In this document: positions 56,797-60,958 of the stretch, one piece after another
Numbering within the stretch: position 1 is the stretch's first letter
Layout: the number at the start of each line of letters is the position of its first letter
Source of the DNA: an uncultured Cytophagia bacterium
GTDB lineage: Bacteria; Zhuqueibacterota; Zhuqueibacteria; Thermofontimicrobiales; Thiofontviventaceae
Assembly (NCBI GenBank): GCA_964498785.1
Contig: CAZCJL010000030.1
Coordinates: forward strand, 1-60,958
Length of the DNA: 60,958 bases
Reading direction: 5' to 3'
Notes under the pieces: generated by a model
The model's input: only the letters and a program-made list of their open reading frames with translations
The model's database searches: none
What the model was told of the DNA's origin: nothing
Program-made: the position numbers and the translations under genes

Positions 56797-59694
56797 TTAC
56801 TTGATAATAACCATTTTCCGGGTCAAAACAAAATCGCCTGTTTTCAATTGATAGAAGTACAAACCTGACGACAAACTCGATGCATCAAAATTGACAGCAT
56901 AATTTCCGGCTTCTTTTTTTTCATTGATTAAATTTGCAACTTTTCTTCCTAACACATTATAAACAATCAGTTCCACGTTGCATTTTTTTGGAATTTGATA
57001 TCGAATCGTTGTTACCGGATTAAAGGGATTTGGGTAATTTTGAGCGAGCATATATTTCTCCGCGGGCTCATTCTCCAGTTTACTGACGCGGGTGGCAGGT
57101 GTTTGTACCTCTGGCTGCTGACCGGCATCATAATAATCCCATTTTGAACCATACTCAATCGAAAAAACAGGCGTAAATGCCCGCAGATCAAAGATCATAT
57201 CAGTGGTATCGGTATTGAACTGGCGGATTTCAACTGCCATAATATTTTTGCCATTTTTTAGCAACGGCAGTTGTGTGGGATCCAACTGAATGGTTTTGTA
57301 ACCGCAAACATTGGTTTCAGCAAAAGTTTCATAGGATAATTCACCGAAAGGAATGTTTATTCTGGTGATTTCCGCTCCGTTCAGGTACAGCACGGCGCCG
57401 TTATCATACCGAATAATAATGACCATGCCCGGGACAGCACTGACATCTTCCACATAAAATTCATGCCGAAAATAGGCAGTGCGGACTTTGGAAATTTCGG
57501 TGACCACATTTGGATCGCCATAACCCAGCGGGGCATTTCCATTTTTCCATGATACGAGATTATATCCTGAATCCGTCCAATAAATTGGCGCACCCAGGGT
57601 ATCAATTGAAAAGGCAATGACTGCTGATGTATCCATCGAATTCCCAAATTGATCCGTTGCCCGAACGTAATAAATATAGTGCTGCCCCTGCTCGCCGGTC
57701 ATAATGGTTGAATGGCGCAGGTTTCCCTGTCCGTTCTCAAATTCAAACGGCATCTGATCATACGAATGGTCAATCGAGCTGTAGCGGAGAAACGCCCGTT
57801 CATTGGTTTGAATTTCAATTTCAACTCCAGTTTTATAGGAGACAAAATTAGCTTCAGGTAATTTTTTGAAAAATGGCGGGATGCTGTCGGTTGTGCTTAA
57901 GGCATAAACATTTGGCAGGTCGTCTTCGAACATAGTGAACGGATCGTCAAAAAAGTTGAGAAAATCCGGTACACTGGGATGCCCGGGATAGGGCGCATAA
58001 TGATGCGAAACATTTGCATTACGCCAGACCGCCACGTAGGATGCTTTCTTCGCCACCGAATCGCTTTTAATCGGATCGAGAATGACGCGCGTGAACCAGT
58101 CGTGAATATCCAGCGCCTCACGACCGGTCTCCGTGATCGCAGCGACTTTATTGCGCTCTTTTGCCAATTCGACGACATCCCTGGTTTGCCTGACGATATT
58201 GTCAATATCACCAGGACTGATTGCTCCGCTTAAATAGTTATCAAATCCCAAAATATCCACATAATCATCCCCGGGATAACGATCGAGATAGTCCGTTTTA
58301 CTCATCGGAGAGGCCGGTGAAAAAGCAATCAGGACGTTGTGAACATTCAGCGAATCACGAAGATAGTCCACGGTAAATTGCCAAAGTTCAATAAATTCCT
58401 GTTGAGTACAATACGCCTCTCCCCACCAGAACCAGTTTCCGGTATGTTCGTGATAGGGCCGGAAAATTACCGGAATCGATTGTCCCTGTTCTCCGCGCAG
58501 ACCTTTCAAATACAATGCAATCTGCCTGAGTTTTTCCTTGTACAACCCATGATATTGCCCGCCGGGCAACAGGGTCGCGACAATTCTTTCATTTCCCGCA
58601 TCGGACGCGTAAAAGCCCCGTTCTTCGGGATCATATTGATGCCACTCCATTGTATTGATCCCGCCCCGCTCAAAAGCAGATGTCATCCGGTATCGATTTC
58701 GGGCGACATCATCTCCCAGTGCAATTGGTCGCAATCCCCAACCATAAACCGCGGGATAAGAACCGCAGACATCCTTTACATCAGAGCGGTCATCATCATT
58801 ATTCCAGCCGACGCCATACCCCGTGGCATCCTGCATTCCGAACAGCAGGTTGGTTTGCCCAAGCCGCTGAAGATTATAAAACAGGTACTTCGTTTCTTTG
58901 GTCGCTAAACTATCAACAACCCGGATATTGTTTACAACGGCGCCAGTCTCAAAAGTAACGCAGGCATCGAATAAATCCCACACAGCCTGATCAATTTCAT
59001 GCTGAGTTGAATTTGGCGAATCATGAATTGTCTGCGCCGCAGCTATCGCACCGTGAAGGATGTTTTTGGACCCGTTCACAAATTGACCTTCCTCCGTGCC
59101 TTCCACCGCGTTCCTATGAAGCGCACTGGCATGCGTCAAGGCAGGCTCCAATTCCGTCAGATTGAGAGGTATTTTAACATTCACGGAATCCCCGAATCGC
59201 AGATCATCAAAATAAATTATACCAGAATTTGATACAGTGGAACCGCCATCCAGATAAATGTAAAGCCTGTTCATCGACGAGTTGCCGGCATTCATCAATT
59301 CAAATACATACGTGTGCCACTGATTATCATCTGGCAACTTTTTCTGAACCCAGTCTTCTCCTTCATTTTCATAAACAGGTTTAAAGGTTAATTCACTGAT
59401 GACGTCAGATTTTACTTTGACTGAAATCTGGGATTTATGCGATAGATCAATAATTTCCGGCGGCGTAAAATTAATATTATCCCACTCCCAACTCTCTGCC
59501 ACACGATGATAGACAATTTTCAATATACTATCCTGTTCAAAAAGTTCAAAGGTGTGAGGTTGATCAGGAGGAACCTGCCACCCGGTAAGTGTGTTATCGT
59601 TATAATCTTCTACAAAGCCGGTTATTTGAGCTGTGGCAAAAAAAGGGGAGAAAAGCATAAATACAATTAACAAAAGGTAACGATTATTCATCAT
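56797..59694 (-). CDS. Secreted GH26 family endo-beta-1,4-mannanase with an N-terminal CBM-like module, additional beta-sandwich modules and a T9SS C-terminal sorting domain.
   Basis: Signal peptide MMNNRYLLLIVFMLFSPFFATAQ. GH26 catalytic motifs IPVIFRPYHEHTGNWFWWG (acid/base region) and AAITETG (nucleophile). C-terminus NYPNPFNPVTTIRYQIPKKCNVELIVYNVLGRKVANL...GLYFYQL...RKMVIIK. Confidence 0.8.
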   Translation of the reverse strand: MMNNRYLLLIVFMLFSPFFATAQITGFVEDYNDNTLTGWQVPPDQPHTFELFEQDSILKIVYHRVAESWEWDNINFTPPEIIDLSHKSQISVKVKSDVISELTFKPVYENEGEDWVQKKLPDDNQWHTYVFELMNAGNSSMNRLYIYLDGGSTVSNSGIIYFDDLRFGDSVNVKIPLNLTELEPALTHASALHRNAVEGTEEGQFVNGSKNILHGAIAAAQTIHDSPNSTQHEIDQAVWDLFDACVTFETGAVVNNIRVVDSLATKETKYLFYNLQRLGQTNLLFGMQDATGYGVGWNNDDDRSDVKDVCGSYPAVYGWGLRPIALGDDVARNRYRMTSAFERGGINTMEWHQYDPEERGFYASDAGNERIVATLLPGGQYHGLYKEKLRQIALYLKGLRGEQGQSIPVIFRPYHEHTGNWFWWGEAYCTQQEFIELWQFTVDYLRDSLNVHNVLIAFSPASPMSKTDYLDRYPGDDYVDILGFDNYLSGAISPGDIDNIVRQTRDVVELAKERNKVAAITETGREALDIHDWFTRVILDPIKSDSVAKKASYVAVWRNANVSHHYAPYPGHPSVPDFLNFFDDPFTMFEDDLPNVYALSTTDSIPPFFKKLPEANFVSYKTGVEIEIQTNERAFLRYSSIDHSYDQMPFEFENGQGNLRHSTIMTGEQGQHYIYYVRATDQFGNSMDTSAVIAFSIDTLGAPIYWTDSGYNLVSWKNGNAPLGYGDPNVVTEISKVRTAYFRHEFYVEDVSAVPGMVIIIRYDNGAVLYLNGAEITRINIPFGELSYETFAETNVCGYKTIQLDPTQLPLLKNGKNIMAVEIRQFNTDTTDMIFDLRAFTPVFSIEYGSKWDYYDAGQQPEVQTPATRVSKLENEPAEKYMLAQNYPNPFNPVTTIRYQIPKKCNVELIVYNVLGRKVANLINEKKEAGNYAVNFDASSLSSGLYFYQLKTGDFVLTRKMVIIK

Positions 59695-59762
59695 GTTAGT
59701 CCCCGATTTAAAATTGGTCAGAGCAAAATCGCACGCTGAGAAAATGGAAATGAGGATTGTTT

Positions 59763-59780
59763 AACGAAATCGTTTTCGTT
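59763..59780. promoter_or_regulatory. Near-palindromic 18-mer AACGAAATCGTTTTCGTT about 69 nt upstream of the GH26 start. Candidate LacI-family operator.
   Basis: 16 of 18 positions are self-complementary. CGAAA.CGTTTTCG resembles LacI/GalR-type half-sites. Confidence 0.3.
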
Positions 59781-60586
59781 ATTAAATAAAATAATTATTT
59801 ATTTTTAAAAGTCAAGTGAAAATTTATTTTTTGTTGATTTTATTGAAAAACCTCAATATCTGTGGGAAGGCCCAACATCTTGTAAAGAATTGATTATAAT
59901 AACGATTGCGCCAGGGTTAATCTATTTTTAATAACTTACTTATTATATTTTTTTTCTTTGTGTGTTAACATTCAGGCGGATAGAATGGGGGCAAACTACA
60001 GCCACACCAACTCGACAATCGCGTAAAGGGTAAGATAAATGCCCGGTTCGGAATGAGAATATCCATATTACTTATATTCTTCAAAAACGTTTTCGTTAAA
60101 AATAAACACCGCTATAAATCGTGGTACTGGTTCAAACAACACAGCACCTTGAACAAACACCATGCGTAAGCAGAGCGTTATGAGCTAACCTAAATAGTAC
60201 TTAGCCGCTTCAGCGGCTTCCCGAAAAATAAAGAAGCAAACGTTGCTGAGTCGTTACAATATAATAAAGCATTCACATAATTTGGTCCACACTCTATCTC
60301 AAATCCTATATGAGAAAATTTTTAAAATTTCACCACTATATTTTTATAATCCATAAAATTTATATTGCTTTTTAATATTTTATATCGTATATTGGTTCGT
60401 AAATAATTGTACCCTGTTTTTCTTGTTTTTTGTTTTAAGTGACAACAAATTTTTTTGACAACACTAGTAAAACCAAAAAATTTCGCGGAGAATGGTACAA
60501 AAGTCTATTCAACGCGATTTTTTTTTATGAACAGGCTGAAAACAGAGATGTACGCAACAACTATTTTTTTTAAAAGGATAAGTTCA

Positions 60587-60787
60587 ATGGAAAAAGGAAC
60601 TGTCAAATGGTTCAACGGCTCAAAGGGCTTTGGTTTTATCACTCGTGAACAAGGCGATGATGTATTCGTCCATTACAATGCTATTGAAGGTAGTGGTTAC
60701 AAATCATTAGACGAAGGCGATGAAGTTCAGTTTGAAACCGAACAAGGACCTAAAGGCTTACAAGCAACCAAAGTCTCCAAGATATAA
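60587..60787 (+). CDS. cspA: Cold-shock protein (CspA family, 66 aa). The ORF track extension to 60455 is spurious.
   Basis: [63 protein letters not shown], with RNP1 (KGFGFI) and RNP2 (VFVHY) motifs. Shine-Dalgarno AAAAGGATAAG. Long AT-rich 5' leader typical of csp genes. Confidence 0.9.
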   Translation: MEKGTVKWFNGSKGFGFITREQGDDVFVHYNAIEGSGYKSLDEGDEVQFETEQGPKGLQATKVSKI

Positions 60788-60806
60788 TTTGGTGACACGC
60801 TTGAAT

Positions 60807-60838
60807 AAACCCTGGCTAATTTTGGTTGGGGTTTTTTT
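60807..60838 (+). terminator. Candidate rho-independent terminator after the csp gene.
   Basis: aaaccc-(16-nt loop)-gggttt followed by TTTTTATTTT. Weak stem. Confidence 0.35.
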
Positions 60839-60958
60839 ATTTTAATTGTTACTATTCAGCGTAGAGCTGTCATTCCTGCGGATGCAGGAATCCCCTAAAT
60901 TTATAATAATTAGGAGATTCCGGGACAAGCCCGGAATGACATTTTACAAAAAGTGTCT

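Noticed and set aside
275-59232. Many 60-190-aa ORFs in the track that lie inside or antisense to the large genes, for example 275..571, 960..1307, 15902..16264, 16769..17206, 35960..36430, 58339..58908 and 27208..27816.
   Set aside because: They overlap long ORFs that have clear domain content, signal peptides and Shine-Dalgarno sites. Their own translations are low-complexity or Arg/Cys-rich with no motifs. They are typical shadow ORFs.
1-60958. Searched for CRISPR arrays, tRNA/rRNA genes, transposases, integrases and phage genes.
   Set aside because: No short regularly spaced direct repeats, no cloverleaf-compatible segments in the longer intergenic regions (59695..60586 and 26286..26979), and no protein with transposase, integrase or recombinase motifs. 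The only mobile-like sequences are the non-autonomous palindromic repeats reported above.
60841-60958. Nested hairpins at the window end (gtcattcctgcggatgcaggaat ... ccgggacaagcccggaatgac).
   Set aside because: They are truncated by the window edge. They could be a terminator or repeat element, but the context is incomplete and cannot be interpreted.

Overview
This 61-kb window looks like a metagenome-type contig from a Gram-negative bacterium with a type IX secretion system (T9SS). The taxonomic guess is inference, not a search result: an FCB-group-like lineage such as Ignavibacteria, Calditrichia or a relative. Genes carry strong Shine-Dalgarno sites (AAGGAGG), so the organism is unlikely to be a Bacteroidetes. 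Eight large secreted proteins end in a Por_Secre_tail-like sorting domain (NYPNPFN...GVY.Y.L...K-x-[ILM]-[ILV]-[IL]-K), and a PorV/PorQ-like barrel is present.

Coding content:
- Two adjacent giant modular surface proteins (321..3731 and 3859..7953) built from a shared ~110-aa module with a GLCCGW motif. The second has a C39-like peptidase domain and is split by a single in-frame TAG.
- A right-handed beta-helix protein with a T9SS tail.
- An isoprenylcysteine-carboxyl-methyltransferase-like membrane protein, a 57-aa membrane peptide and an octaheme c-type cytochrome.
- KdgK, an aldo-keto reductase, a ZupT zinc transporter, an outer-membrane beta-barrel protein, a 4Fe-4S protein and a zinc-dependent alcohol dehydrogenase.
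- A minus-strand block: methyltransferase, SPFH/flotillin-like protein, a 1894-aa protein with tandem PLP-aminotransferase-fold domains, then a second methyltransferase.
- A dispersed mannan-utilisation gene set: GH26 mannanase, GH130 mannoside phosphorylase, two DUF5060/GH5-like hydrolases, a GPH-family symporter, a LacI regulator, and a metallo-beta-lactamase-fold protein with a carbohydrate-binding module.
- A SurA-like prolyl isomerase, a cold-shock protein, and an operon of a TonB-dependent-receptor-like barrel, a PorV-like protein and a 1.2-kaa Ca-binding-repeat T9SS cargo.

Non-coding content:
- A four-copy palindromic MITE/REP-like element (terminal inverted repeat CTACCCTTGCGAAGGTTT). 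Two ~94 percent identical copies lie in inverted orientation about 11.6 kb apart.
- A 16-bp perfect inverted-repeat pair enclosing a 272-bp AT-rich intergenic region.
- Several hairpin terminators and candidate operators.
- A multiply frameshifted Ntn-hydrolase pseudogene.

No rRNA, tRNA, CRISPR array, transposase or integrase was detected. The ORF track often opens on TTG or GTG, so starts were re-picked at ATG or GTG codons with a Shine-Dalgarno site where possible.
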